A stretch of 64,000 nt of DNA from Christensenellaceae bacterium (GCA_963667795.1 OY764017.1:790207-854206); one strand, 5' to 3'. Positions 34,000 through 43,794 are shown, numbered from the stretch's first letter. A program made the numbers and translations. Notes: generated from the letters alone by a model not told the origin.

Positions 34000-34028
34000 A
34001 TTTTATTTTGCAATTTTGTTCAACGCAA
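34000..34028 (-). promoter_or_regulatory. Candidate sigmaA promoter for the giant gene
   Basis: TTGCGT (34023-34028)-N17-TAAAAT (34000-34005). The region is AT-rich, so other candidates exist. Confidence 0.35.
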
Positions 34029-34291
34029 TCATTGATTTCTATTCAAATCGTATATTTCTTTCAAAAGTAATTAAAACTATACTTCGTCTGACTCGGCCAG
34101 CGTTGGAACATATCTAATAGGCTAATTTCTCGTATTATAAATCGAAAATCTGCGATTATAAGAGTCGATTTCCCACATATGGTATGTATTATCGGATGAT
34201 TAACCATATATGGTAGCCATATAAAGCCATTGCGCGGTCTCTTCACCATAAACTGCCTAAAAGTGGTTGTTTTAAAATCCCCGATAGAAAT

Positions 34292-34332
34292 CGGCAGCCT
34301 AACCGGTTTATCCGTAGGCCGCCGTTTTTTTT
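34292..34332 (+). terminator. Intrinsic-terminator-like hairpin upstream of the YoaK gene
   Basis: CGGCAGCCTA (34292-34301) / TAGGCCGCCG (34315-34324), with an inner CGG/CCG pair, then T8. Confidence 0.55.
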
Positions 34333-34395
34333 CGGTGGATTTCATTTTGTCGCGCATTATGATAAGATTGTCCGCAAAGAAAGGAGCGTTCTTAT

Positions 34396-35082
34396 ATGAA
34401 ACCACACGATAAAACAGCCGGTATCCAGCGCTCGGAGTCGCTCTCCGTCGGCGCGCTGCTCGCACTTGTCGGCGGCTTTCTGGACGCTTACACCTATTTT
34501 TCACGCGGCGGTGTTTTTGCCAACGCACAGACCGGCAACATGGTTTTACTTGGTCTGCGTCTTTCCGCAGGACGCTGGGACGAGGCCATGTATTTCCTTT
34601 TTCCGATCATCGCATTCGCCGCGGGCGTTTTGCTCGCAGAACTTGTGCAGTCGTTTATGAAGTCAAACCGTATCGTCCACTGGCGTCAGATCATCATCAG
34701 TTTGGAATTGATTCTGCTCTTTAGTATCGGGTTTGTCTCGGACGGGCCGCTCAATCCTTATGTCAATATTACCGTATCATTCGTCTGCGCGCTCCAAGTG
34801 GAAAGCTTTCGTACCATGCACGGACTTACCTATGCCACAACAATGTGCACCGGAAATTTGCGCAGCGGCACCGAGCTGTTGTTTCGGTATTTAAAAGATA
34901 AAAACCGCACGCTGCTGATCTCCAGCCTGAAATATTACAGTATTATCCTGTTTTTCATTAGCGGTGCAATCGTCGGCATGTTCGTCACCCGCTCCGTAGG
35001 AGAACCCGCCGTGTGGGTGCCCTGCGCGTTACTTATGCTGGTTTTAATCCTCTTGCATAAGCGTGTTCCTAATAATATGTAA
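34396..35082 (+). CDS. YoaK/DUF1275 family membrane protein
   Basis: LLALVGGFLDAYTYF..GGVFANAQTGNMVLLG and TTMCTGNLRS signature, multiple TMs, SD AAAGGAG. Confidence 0.9.
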   Translation: MKPHDKTAGIQRSESLSVGALLALVGGFLDAYTYFSRGGVFANAQTGNMVLLGLRLSAGRWDEAMYFLFPIIAFAAGVLLAELVQSFMKSNRIVHWRQIIISLELILLFSIGFVSDGPLNPYVNITVSFVCALQVESFRTMHGLTYATTMCTGNLRSGTELLFRYLKDKNRTLLISSLKYYSIILFFISGAIVGMFVTRSVGEPAVWVPCALLMLVLILLHKRVPNNM

Positions 35083-35086
35083 TCGC

Positions 35087-35761
35087 TTAATCCCCGGCAC
35101 GTTCTTTACGGAAAAGATTCCAACCCATGAAAACAATCCAAACATATGCAAGCGTTTTTGGAATCATCAACGCGCCGACTGCAGGGAATGATGCGGAAAA
35201 CAGTACAACGGGAATGTAGAACGCAAACGACAGCGATATGGCAAGCCACATATTTCGAAAGATGCGGTCGTTCGATTCCGCTGCCTCCGAGGCAAACAAT
35301 ACGATGATAAGAATCCCCATCAGCGCAAACGGAATGTTGCGCAGCACGCCGAACAGCAGCGGCGGATGATAGCTGAGCCATTGATTCTGCGGCAGCATGC
35401 ACAAGCCGACGCGCAGCGCCGCAAGTACCCATATTGCAATTGTGAAGCGTTTTCTGTCCGTCACGTGATAACGTTCACGCCAGATATAGTACAAAATCAC
35501 ATAAAATGCCGTCATTGTAATGGAAGTAATCAGTTTGCCGACGCCAAGCGCGGCTGCGTTTGCTTCCATGCCGTCGGTCCACAGCGCAATCATTCGTGGC
35601 ACAAGATGGAATGCATCGCCGCCACCGAGTACAACCGCCATTATGCCGAATTTTTTAGTTAGCGTTCCTTTTTCGCTTTTTTTGATCAGCAATAACCCCA
35701 GCGTCAATACCGTTACAAGATATGCTATATCAAAAGTTGTTTCCATAATTGCTTGCATCAT
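35087..35761 (-). CDS. Conserved multi-pass membrane protein of unknown function
   Basis: About 7 hydrophobic helices with the motif GGGDAFHLVPR. SD GAGGGG lies inside the TetR stop region, so it is cotranscribed with TetR. Confidence 0.8.
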   Translation of the reverse strand: MMQAIMETTFDIAYLVTVLTLGLLLIKKSEKGTLTKKFGIMAVVLGGGDAFHLVPRMIALWTDGMEANAAALGVGKLITSITMTAFYVILYYIWRERYHVTDRKRFTIAIWVLAALRVGLCMLPQNQWLSYHPPLLFGVLRNIPFALMGILIIVLFASEAAESNDRIFRNMWLAISLSFAFYIPVVLFSASFPAVGALMIPKTLAYVWIVFMGWNLFRKERAGD

Positions 35762-35769
35762 TCTACCCC

Positions 35770-36318
35770 TCAATATAATATTTGCTCTACAACTTCAGTA
35801 AGAAAACGAGCGTCCTGTGCGTTGCTCCGCAAAAGAAGCAACAGATTATCCAGCACAAATTCCGCGAGCTGCTGCTGTGTAAATGTTTCACTCCAAACGT
35901 TATTTTTCACATTGCCGTCTTGCCGTAACTGCTCCAGCAGGATGTCACGAAGCGCGGTTTGCATCGCTTCCATCCGCGTACATCCTGTTTGTCGAATGTT
36001 GATCAGCGCGGTCATCATGCCGCCGGCGAAGGCTTGGATGTACTCATGTAGAAACGCATACGTCTCCCAGACTCGCTCTGAAAAACGGTCCGTTTGTGCG
36101 GACTGCCTGAGTTTCTGCAGTGCGCGGGTCCAGTCATCCTCCGTCAGTGCAAGCAAAACATCATTTTTATCGGAAAAATAGTTATACACTGTACCCGTGG
36201 CCACGCCCGCACGCTTGGCTAACCGTCGCATACTGATCGCCACGATTCCCTGCTCGTTTGCAATGTCCCGTGCACAGCTTAAAAGCAGCGCACGCGTGTG
36301 CTCGTCTTTCTTTCTCAC
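35770..36318 (-). CDS. TetR/AcrR family transcriptional regulator
   Basis: HTH ISMRRLAKRAGVATGTVYNYFSDKNDVL. Confidence 0.93.
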   Translation of the reverse strand: MRKKDEHTRALLLSCARDIANEQGIVAISMRRLAKRAGVATGTVYNYFSDKNDVLLALTEDDWTRALQKLRQSAQTDRFSERVWETYAFLHEYIQAFAGGMMTALINIRQTGCTRMEAMQTALRDILLEQLRQDGNVKNNVWSETFTQQQLAEFVLDNLLLLLRSNAQDARFLTEVVEQILY

Positions 36319-36335
36319 TCAATACCTGTCCTTAT

Positions 36336-36355
36336 TAAATGAACGTGTTCATTTA
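36336..36355. promoter_or_regulatory. Probable TetR operator
   Basis: Perfect inverted repeat TAAATGAAC-GT-GTTCATTTA overlapping the predicted transcription start of the tetR operon. Confidence 0.8.
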
Positions 36356-36357
36356 TG

Positions 36358-36386
36358 ATGATATCCCGATTGCTTGTATGCGTCAA
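36358..36386 (-). promoter_or_regulatory. sigmaA promoter of the tetR operon
   Basis: TTGACG (36381-36386)-N17-TATCAT (36358-36363). Confidence 0.8.
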
Positions 36387-36521
36387 TACTTTTGATAAAA
36401 TTGATCCGAAATCACGCAATGTTTTCATATCTTTTCAATAGGTTTATGTTTTTTCGGCATAATGTCTGAATTTTTTGAATAAAATTCGATAGAGTTCACG
36501 TATGATTCGCCCTTTGAAAGG

Positions 36522-36550
36522 TTGCGATCACAGCATTGTCGTTGTATAAT
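36522..36550 (+). promoter_or_regulatory. sigmaA promoter of the VanW-family gene
   Basis: TTGCGA (36522-36527)-N17-TATAAT (36545-36550). Confidence 0.75.
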
Positions 36551-36614
36551 ATGGTTTGCGTGCAATTTACACGCAAACGCAACAATTTGCGATTATCATC
36601 TGCAAAGGATCTAT

Positions 36615-38261
36615 ATGTACGAAAAATACTCGGGCTTACCCGATACAACAAAATCGGCACCGCAAGGCGCACACAAAGGGAGAAATTCCAAGCCTGTGCG
36701 TGATGCTAATTATGAAGGAAATAACGAGGAAATGGAATACTATTACAACCCAAATCGTGGCGGCGGCTCGTCAGGTGGACGCCGCAGCAACCAACAAGCG
36801 AAATATCGCAAACGGCGGCTGATCCTGCTGATGATGACTGTGCTCTTCCTTGTATTGATCGTTACGGCAGTCGTCGTGCTTGCGCGCAGCTGCAGTGCTA
36901 CGGAAATCGTCACAACGGCGGATGGCCGTTTCCGCAACGAAGTTTATATCAACGGCACAAATGTCTCCGGGAAGACTGCGGACGAGGTTATTGACCAGCT
37001 CAAATCCAACGAGTCGTATGCGCTCAGCAATATTGTCGTCACCCTACAGGGAGCGGATTTTTCCGCTACCGTCACGGGAACGGACATGAACGCGACTTCC
37101 AACCTCGATGAAATTATTCAGCAGGCGCTTTCCGGCGGCTCAAATCAGGTTTATTACACGACGGTTGCGATCGACGAGGAAGCACTTGCTTCACGTATTG
37201 AACAGATTAACGAAAACATGACCACGCCACCTACGGACGCGACGGTTGAAATTGAAACCTCGGACAGCAGCAAACCGACATTCCGTTATATCGAAGGCGT
37301 TCCCGGCTACGGGCTTGATGTGGATTCTACAACTCAGCTTGTAAAGGAAACGGTCGAGTCCGGTCAGTTTCAGGCGACAATAGAACCGGCACTGACAACT
37401 GTCCAGCCTTCCCTTACGGTTGCGGATGTGCAGGCACATATGTCGCTCATCGGCAGCTTCACGACGACGTACTCCTTTAAAGGAACCGCGGACGACTCTG
37501 AAGAAGCCCGGGAGACATTGATCCCCAACCGTGCGTTCAACGTTGAAAAAGCTGCCGCGCTGATCAACGGACAAGTTGTGAAGCCTGGCAAAAGCTGGAG
37601 TTTTAACAACACCGTCGGCGACCGGACAGAAAATAACGGTTGGAAGGAAGCGAACGGCATCTTTGGCGGCGATACATTGACACGGCAATATGGCGGCGGT
37701 GTCTGCCAGGTTAGTACAACGCTTTATAACGCGCTGTTGGGCGCTTATCCATATTTTGATTTCTCCCGTCGTGAACATTCCTTCCCTTCCACATATGTTG
37801 ACATTGGACTGGATGCCACCGTAGATACCAACCATATCGACTTTAAGTTCACGAATAAATCAGAGTATCCGGTTTATGTATTTGCTTATGTTTCGAAAAA
37901 TAGCAAATATACCAGCCGGAAGCGGGACATCACCGTGCGGATTTATGGAGACGCTTTGCCTGCGGGCGTTGAATATAGGACGCGCACTGTACTCGTTGAG
38001 GAGACTCCTCCGGCTGAGGATGTTATTGTCGAAAGCAGTTCCCTCTTTGTCGGTGAGCAAGAAATTATTGCCACTGCTCGTTCCAAATATGTAGTCGATG
38101 TGTTTATCGATCGTTATCTCGATGGTGTTCTTCAAGAATCCATTTGGGATCATACGGACACCTACCCGGGCAACCCGCAGAAAATCCGCGTCGGAACCAA
38201 GGCTACACCGACGCCGCTCATTGAAACCACGCCGACGCCCGTGGCCGACGACCTACCATAA
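36615..38261 (+). CDS. VanW-family membrane-anchored extracellular protein (YoaR-like)
   Basis: Single TM, then RAFNVEKAAALING, SFNNTVGDRT, GGGVCQVSTTLYNA, HSFPSTYVDIGLDATV and DFKFTN. The start is ATG 36615 (SD AAAGGA) or ATG 36732. Confidence 0.88.
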   Translation: MYEKYSGLPDTTKSAPQGAHKGRNSKPVRDANYEGNNEEMEYYYNPNRGGGSSGGRRSNQQAKYRKRRLILLMMTVLFLVLIVTAVVVLARSCSATEIVTTADGRFRNEVYINGTNVSGKTADEVIDQLKSNESYALSNIVVTLQGADFSATVTGTDMNATSNLDEIIQQALSGGSNQVYYTTVAIDEEALASRIEQINENMTTPPTDATVEIETSDSSKPTFRYIEGVPGYGLDVDSTTQLVKETVESGQFQATIEPALTTVQPSLTVADVQAHMSLIGSFTTTYSFKGTADDSEEARETLIPNRAFNVEKAAALINGQVVKPGKSWSFNNTVGDRTENNGWKEANGIFGGDTLTRQYGGGVCQVSTTLYNALLGAYPYFDFSRREHSFPSTYVDIGLDATVDTNHIDFKFTNKSEYPVYVFAYVSKNSKYTSRKRDITVRIYGDALPAGVEYRTRTVLVEETPPAEDVIVESSSLFVGEQEIIATARSKYVVDVFIDRYLDGVLQESIWDHTDTYPGNPQKIRVGTKATPTPLIETTPTPVADDLP

Positions 38262-38281
38262 CACACATAGCGTTAAGCAAC

Positions 38282-38318
38282 AAAAGAGCGAGAACGACTG
38301 GTCGTTCCCGCTCTTTTT
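38282..38318. terminator. Bidirectional terminator between the convergent VanW and GtrA genes
   Basis: AAAAGAGCG-AGAACGAC-TG-GTCGTTC-CCGCTCTTTTT. Confidence 0.75.
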
Positions 38319-38326
38319 GTATTTGT

Positions 38327-38767
38327 TTATTTGCTCTGCTTCCCGTTCCCGCGATAAAGTATCCAGCGTCTTGAAAAAAAATTAAAAAGATAGGTGATGA
38401 CGCCGGAAAAAATTCTCGATATCCTGTAATCAAAATGAAGTAGGTCCGTCAGTAAGTACATGCTCAACTCGGTTACTGCAAGCGCAGACAACGAGATGAT
38501 AACAAAGATAGACAGCTCCAAGCGCATGGTGCGGTTCCCGCGACGAAACACGAACAACACGCCGATCAGATAATTCACCGCAACACCAATTGCAAACGCA
38601 ATCGGTACCGCTGCAAGATAATGCAGCCCTAGAATCTCCTTGAGCAGCAGCAGCGTCAAGTAATCCGCAGCAAAGCCGGAGAACGCCGCCACGCCGTAGC
38701 GCAGCGCCTGAAACGGCAAACGTGTGTCCTCTCGAACATCGCCAATGTTGTGTAATAATTTACCCAT
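38327..38767 (-). CDS. GtrA family protein (lipid-linked sugar translocase-like)
   Basis: QALRYGVAAFSGFAADY...VNYLIGVLFVFR...YLFNFFSRRWILY, four TMs. Start taken as ATG 38767. Confidence 0.88.
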   Translation of the reverse strand: MGKLLHNIGDVREDTRLPFQALRYGVAAFSGFAADYLTLLLLKEILGLHYLAAVPIAFAIGVAVNYLIGVLFVFRRGNRTMRLELSIFVIISLSALAVTELSMYLLTDLLHFDYRISRIFSGVITYLFNFFSRRWILYRGNGKQSK

Positions 38768-38774
38768 ACGCAAG

Positions 38775-38804
38775 AGTATAGCACAACGCAAACGGCAAAG
38801 TAAA
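38775..38804 (-). promoter_or_regulatory. Extended -10 promoter for gtrA (probable leaderless mRNA)
   Basis: TTTACT-N18-TATACT with TGc extension. The ATG is 7 nt downstream and has no SD. Confidence 0.55.
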
Positions 38805-38885
38805 CGAACTGATACCGTATGAAAACATTAAACTGTGGTAGAAAAAGAGCCGTCCAATACTGGACGGCTCTTCTGGTGTCTTTGC

Positions 38886-41279
38886 TTATTTGTCGTCGAC
38901 CTTCAGGCCTTCGAACAGGGAAGCCAGCGATGTGGTCGTCTCCTGCACCGGCGGGAGTTCATAATCGCCATCCTCATTGCGACGGCGGCGGTCACCGCCA
39001 CGATCACGACGATCGTCGCTGCTCGAGAAACGCGGAGTGCGTCCACCGCTGTCCTTGGACGCCGTGGTGGAACGCTGCTGGCGCTGCTGCGTGCGCTGTT
39101 CCTGCCGCTCTGCATACTGACGGTCACGCTCTTCGCGCTCCGCACGAACCTTCTCTGCCAGTTCCGGATCTTCTTCCAGAAGGGCTTCTTTGCGGCTCAG
39201 ACTGATGCGCTTTGCTTCCGGATTAACTTCCAGAATCTTACAGCGAACCATTTCGCCAACCTTCAGCTCGTCTTCGACCTTCGCAATGCGATGGGTCGCG
39301 ATCTGGGAGATATGGATCAAACCGTCGATCGTGCTTTCGAGAGAAACGAATGCACCAAACGGTACGATACGTACGACTTTGCCTTCCACAATGGAACCGA
39401 CCGGATATTTTTCACCGGCAAGCGTCCAAGGCTTCGGCTGGAGCTGCTTGTATCCCAGAGATACCCGCTCCTTTTCGAGGTCGACATTAAGAATCAGGAC
39501 TTCGATCTCCTGATTGATACTGAACACATCACTCGGGTGCTTCACACGACCCCAAGCTGCATCGGTGACATGCACCAAACCGTCGATTCCGCCGATATCG
39601 ACGAATGCGCCGAAATCTGCGATTCTACGGACGATGCCCTGCACTTTGCTGCCGACAACAAGCGATTCCCACTTGGCGTGCTTTTCAGCTTCCGCTTCAG
39701 CAAGAAGAACCTGCTTCTGCGAAGCGACAATGCGCTTACGCTGACGGTCGACTTCCAGAACCTTGAGGCGCATCGGCTTGCCGATGAACTCGCCCAAGTT
39801 CTCAATATATTTAGTAGAAACATGAGAAGCGGGAACAAACGCGCGGATTCCGCTGATGTCTGCAATGATGCCGCCCTTGACGACTTCCTTACCGACTGCT
39901 TCGAACACCTCTTCTTCGATGTTCTCCGGCGTCATCATCTCGTCCCAGAGTTTCTTGCTCTCGGCATTCTTGCGAGAAAGCAACACGTTGCCCTCGCCGT
40001 CGTTCACCTTCATAACCTCGACTTCGATGGCGTCGCCTTCTTTGTAAAGGTCATCCGGCTTGTCTTCCGGATTTCTGGAGAATTCTCCAGCCGGAACGAT
40101 ACCGTCGGATTTGTAGCCGATGTTGACGAAGACTTCTCCGTCCACAACCGAAATCACGGTTCCCTCAATCACCTGACCGTTATGAATGCGGGTCATTGTC
40201 TTTTCAAAAGCCTTTGCGAATTCGGAACTCTCTTCTTGCTCAGAATCTTCCGACATTGTTTCTTCCGCCTGGGCGGGACTGGCTTCCGTTTTTGCCTCTT
40301 CGTCCTCTGTGGCTTCGGGCGCTTCCACAGTCGCCGCCTCAGCGGGTGCTTCCGCTGCCGCGGTCTCCTCGGTCATCTGGGGTGCCTGGGACACGACGAC
40401 GTCCTCAGCGGGAGCTGCCGCTTCAATGGTTTCGATCGTCGTTTTTTCCTGTTCGCTCATTACTTGTAGTACCTCCCTAATCATCCGGTCCGGCGTCGAT
40501 GCGCCCGCAACAATACCTATTATATCATCGGATAGTAATTTATCAAGAAAAAGTTTATCAATTGACTCTACGTTTTCAGTAAAATCGCAGTGTTTTTTAC
40601 ATAATTCATACAACTTCTGCGTGTTTGCGCTCATTTTGGACCCGAGTACAATCATTCGCGAGCTCTGTTTTGCAATGTCTATTGCCTCCTGCTGGCGTGC
40701 TCGCGTTGTGTCACAGATTGTATTATACACGTCAAGATCGCCGCATCGGCTCTCCAACGCCGCGCGAATGCAGAAGAACGTCTCCTCCGGCAGCGTAGTT
40801 TGCGCAACCAATGCAGCACGCTCGGTTACCGGTGCGTTTTGCGCATCCTCCTCGGTTTCCAAAACGGCCGCACAGTCACCTGCCCACCCGCAAATGCCGA
40901 CGATCTCCGGATGGAGCGCCTTGCCAGCGATAAACACCGTCCGCCCATCCTCCGCCGCTTTGCGCACGATAGTGTGAATTCGTTTCACAAACGGACAGGT
41001 CGCATCGATCAACTCCAGCTCGTTCGCTTTGCTGGCCTCATATACCGGAGGCGGCGCACCATGCGCACGGATAATCAACGTGTCGCCTTCGTCTAGCGCA
41101 TCCAATTCACTTACCGCGAATACGCCGCTTTGTTCCAACTCGGACACGACCGATTCATTATGAATGATGTGTCCATAGGTATAAACCTTGCCGCGGTCTT
41201 TCGCGCACGACTTTGCCATGTCGACCGCGCGTCTTACGCCAAAGCAGAAACCGCTGTTTTTTGCCAGTAATATGCGCAT
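38886..41279 (-). CDS. ispH-rpsA: Bifunctional 4-hydroxy-3-methylbut-2-enyl diphosphate reductase / 30S ribosomal protein S1
   Basis: IspH cysteines GFCFGV, DATCPFV and NTICDTT plus HPE and AGASTP, then an acidic linker and four S1 domains (e.g. FGAFVDIGGIDGLVHVT). Confidence 0.95.
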   Translation of the reverse strand: MRILLAKNSGFCFGVRRAVDMAKSCAKDRGKVYTYGHIIHNESVVSELEQSGVFAVSELDALDEGDTLIIRAHGAPPPVYEASKANELELIDATCPFVKRIHTIVRKAAEDGRTVFIAGKALHPEIVGICGWAGDCAAVLETEEDAQNAPVTERAALVAQTTLPEETFFCIRAALESRCGDLDVYNTICDTTRARQQEAIDIAKQSSRMIVLGSKMSANTQKLYELCKKHCDFTENVESIDKLFLDKLLSDDIIGIVAGASTPDRMIREVLQVMSEQEKTTIETIEAAAPAEDVVVSQAPQMTEETAAAEAPAEAATVEAPEATEDEEAKTEASPAQAEETMSEDSEQEESSEFAKAFEKTMTRIHNGQVIEGTVISVVDGEVFVNIGYKSDGIVPAGEFSRNPEDKPDDLYKEGDAIEVEVMKVNDGEGNVLLSRKNAESKKLWDEMMTPENIEEEVFEAVGKEVVKGGIIADISGIRAFVPASHVSTKYIENLGEFIGKPMRLKVLEVDRQRKRIVASQKQVLLAEAEAEKHAKWESLVVGSKVQGIVRRIADFGAFVDIGGIDGLVHVTDAAWGRVKHPSDVFSINQEIEVLILNVDLEKERVSLGYKQLQPKPWTLAGEKYPVGSIVEGKVVRIVPFGAFVSLESTIDGLIHISQIATHRIAKVEDELKVGEMVRCKILEVNPEAKRISLSRKEALLEEDPELAEKVRAEREERDRQYAERQEQRTQQRQQRSTTASKDSGGRTPRFSSSDDRRDRGGDRRRRNEDGDYELPPVQETTTSLASLFEGLKVDDK

Positions 41280-41280
41280 G

Positions 41281-41877
41281 TCAGAATTCCAGCTCCATCT
41301 CGTTTTTCAGCATCTGCATGCGATCACGGATCGCTTCGGTCACTGCATCCACCGTGCGGCCTGCGTGCTCTTTTGCAATTTTGTTCGGATCCATCGGTTC
41401 ACCGACGATCATGCGTACCTTGTGGCCGTGCTTTTTCCAGTCCGGATCAGCAAAGACAGGGACGATACGCGCATTGCAGCGAAGAGCCAGGAAGGCGGCG
41501 CCTTTTTCAAAGGTATCCAGTTCCCCCGTGATCGAGCGTCGTCCTTCGGGAAAGATGCCGAAGAGTCGGCCACGATCTAAAACTGTCATAGCCTGCTTGA
41601 GGGACGCCATGTCCGCATGTTTGCGATATACGGGGAATGCAAGCAGCTGCTTTAAAAAGAATCGTTTCAGCGGCGAATTGAAAAGCTCCTGCTTTGCCAT
41701 AAAATGCACCGGACGCGGCACGACCATCGCAAGCCGAATTGGATCGCCCAATGAAAAATGGTTGGAGATTAAAATCCCGCGGCCTCTGAAAAACAGATTG
41801 CCAAGGTTCTTAATCTTCGGGCGATAGATCAGCCAAAAAAAAGGCGTCAGCAGATATTTGAAAAGGATATAGATCAT
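41281..41877 (-). CDS. plsC: 1-acyl-sn-glycerol-3-phosphate acyltransferase
   Basis: NHFSLGD (HX4D), FMAKQELF and FPEGRRS. Confidence 0.9.
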   Translation of the reverse strand: MIYILFKYLLTPFFWLIYRPKIKNLGNLFFRGRGILISNHFSLGDPIRLAMVVPRPVHFMAKQELFNSPLKRFFLKQLLAFPVYRKHADMASLKQAMTVLDRGRLFGIFPEGRRSITGELDTFEKGAAFLALRCNARIVPVFADPDWKKHGHKVRMIVGEPMDPNKIAKEHAGRTVDAVTEAIRDRMQMLKNEMELEF

Positions 41878-41880
41878 GTC

Positions 41881-42561
41881 TCAGCGCGCTTCTTTCTCGA
41901 TGATAGCCTTCATCACCAGCTCAATCGCCTGTTCGGCGTTCAGCATCGTCGTGTCGACCAGCATCGCGTCGTCCGCCTTTCGCAGAGGCATATAGGCGCG
42001 TGTGCTGTCCTGATGGTCGCGTTTTTTTAATTCTTCGAGTACATGCTCATAAGTTTCGGTTTCGTCACCGCGTGCACGCAGTTCTTTCAGCCTGCGGTTT
42101 GCCCGCTCTTCCGGGGAGGCGGTCACGTAAAATTTATGCTTCGTATGCGGCAGAACGTTCGTCGTAATATCACGCCCGTCCATGACCACGTCATACTGTC
42201 GTCCGACTTCTCGCTGAAGCTCGGCGAGCTTTTTTCGCACGCAGGGATGTTTGCTGACGGTGGACGCGCCCATCGAGAGCTCTTCGGTGCGCAGGTTGTC
42301 GGTAACATCCTCTTCGCCGAGAAATACGCGTTGTCCGCGTTCGCCATACACGACCCGGATGTCTGCACCGTCTATGATCTTCTCAATGCCAGCTTCATCG
42401 GCAAACGTCAAACCGTTTCTTTTGGTATACATCGCCATGGCACGGTACATGGATCCTGTGTCGAGATACCGTATGTTCAGCCGCTTTGCGATGCCTTTTG
42501 CAAGCGTGGATTTGCCCGCGCCAGCCGGTCCGTCGATTGCGATATTCAGATGCTCACCCAT
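41881..42561 (-). CDS. cmk: (d)CMP kinase
   Basis: IAIDGPAGAGKST, YLDTGSMYRA, VMDGRDI and RDHQDSTR. Start ATG 42561 (SD GGAGA) or 42573. Confidence 0.95.
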   Translation of the reverse strand: MGEHLNIAIDGPAGAGKSTLAKGIAKRLNIRYLDTGSMYRAMAMYTKRNGLTFADEAGIEKIIDGADIRVVYGERGQRVFLGEEDVTDNLRTEELSMGASTVSKHPCVRKKLAELQREVGRQYDVVMDGRDITTNVLPHTKHKFYVTASPEERANRRLKELRARGDETETYEHVLEELKKRDHQDSTRAYMPLRKADDAMLVDTTMLNAEQAIELVMKAIIEKEAR

Positions 42562-42573
42562 AATCGTCTCCAT

Positions 42574-43794
42574 TTATTCGTTAATACTGTCACCGGCAAG
42601 CGCGCCGGTCGACCACGCGATCTGAAGATTATACCCACCGGTGGTCGCGTCCACGTCCAAAACCTCTCCGGCAAAATACAGTCCTCTCACCAGTCTGGAT
42701 TCCATCGTGGATGCGTTGACTTCCTTTACGTTTACGCCGCCGCGTGTTATAACGGCTTCCTCAAGCCCACGTGCGCCGGAAACAGTCAGCGGCAGGCCTT
42801 TCAGTGTCTCTACCAATCGAGCGCGCATTTGTTTTGTCAGTTCGCCGACAGCCAGCGTTTCCGGAATCTCTGCAATCTCCAGCACAACGCTCAGCAGCCG
42901 GGCCGGCAGCAACGCATGCAGCGCGGTTTTCACTTGCTGACGTGCGTTTTGCTGTAAGTCACGCAAAATACGCGCATCGAGCTTCTCATTCGACAACGCG
43001 GGTTTTAAATCGATAAACAGTCTCGTTCCGGCCGGTTTGCTTGCAACCGCGCCGGAGAGCGACAACACCAGCGGCCCGCTTACGCCAAAGTGCGTAAACA
43101 ACATTTCGCCGAGTTCTGAGAACACGACCTTCTTGCCGCATTTTGCCGTCAGCGTCACGTTTTTCAGCGTCAGGCCGGAAAGCTCGTGCGGCCATGTTTC
43201 ATTCGTCGTTAGAGGAACGAGAGACGCCACAGGCTGTTCAATCGTGTGGCCGAGCGCTTTAGCAAACGAATAGCCATCGCCAGTGGAGCCCGTTTGCGGA
43301 TAGGATACACCGCCGGTCGCAATCACGACCGCGTCGCACGTCAACTCGCGTCCGTCGACTTTTAATCCGTATACGCTTCCGTCGCGGGACAGCACCTCGT
43401 CCACACGTGCATTTAACCGCACTTCCACACCGCTTTCGCGCACAATGCACTCCATTGCGCGGAGGATGTCGTTTGACTTGTCCGAAACCGGAAACACGCG
43501 TCCGCCACGCTCGGTCTTCAGTGGAACACCCGCGTTCTCCAGCCGCGTCATCAGAGCGCGGTTGTCAAAATGTGAAAATGCACTGAATAAAAAGCGTGGA
43601 TTTTTCAGCACATGCGAAAAAAACAAATCACGGTCGGCAACATTTGTCACGTTGCAGCGGCCTTTGCCTGTTATATAAAGCTTTTTGCCGAGTTTTTCGT
43701 TTTTCTCGAACAGCGTAACCCGGTGACCGGCATTTGCCGCATTTGCCGCGGCCATCATGCCCGCGGGACCACCGCCGATAACGAAAACAATCAT
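42574..43794 (-). CDS. HI0933/BaiN-family NAD(P)/FAD-dependent oxidoreductase
   Basis: IGGGPAGMMAA, GKKLYITGKGRCNVTN, ATGGVSYPQTGSTGDGY and GEVLDVDATTGGYNLQ. Confidence 0.93.
   Translation of the reverse strand: MIVFVIGGGPAGMMAAANAANAGHRVTLFEKNEKLGKKLYITGKGRCNVTNVADRDLFFSHVLKNPRFLFSAFSHFDNRALMTRLENAGVPLKTERGGRVFPVSDKSNDILRAMECIVRESGVEVRLNARVDEVLSRDGSVYGLKVDGRELTCDAVVIATGGVSYPQTGSTGDGYSFAKALGHTIEQPVASLVPLTTNETWPHELSGLTLKNVTLTAKCGKKVVFSELGEMLFTHFGVSGPLVLSLSGAVASKPAGTRLFIDLKPALSNEKLDARILRDLQQNARQQVKTALHALLPARLLSVVLEIAEIPETLAVGELTKQMRARLVETLKGLPLTVSGARGLEEAVITRGGVNVKEVNASTMESRLVRGLYFAGEVLDVDATTGGYNLQIAWSTGALAGDSINE

Noticed and set aside
34200-34270. c-di-GMP-I or fluoride riboswitch upstream of the giant gene or yoaK
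   Set aside because: Only fragments resemble them (AAAGCCAT..GGTCT; TTCACCATAAAC). The GAAA-loop/GACGCAAA core and the GGxGATG...GCTxATGAC elements are missing.
34061-34528. 155-aa minus-strand ORF across the divergent intergenic region
   Set aside because: It overlaps yoaK antisense, has no SD or motifs, and spans regulatory hairpins.
38835-40469. 544-aa plus-strand ORF opposite rpsA
   Set aside because: Antisense shadow of a highly expressed gene, with no recognisable motifs.
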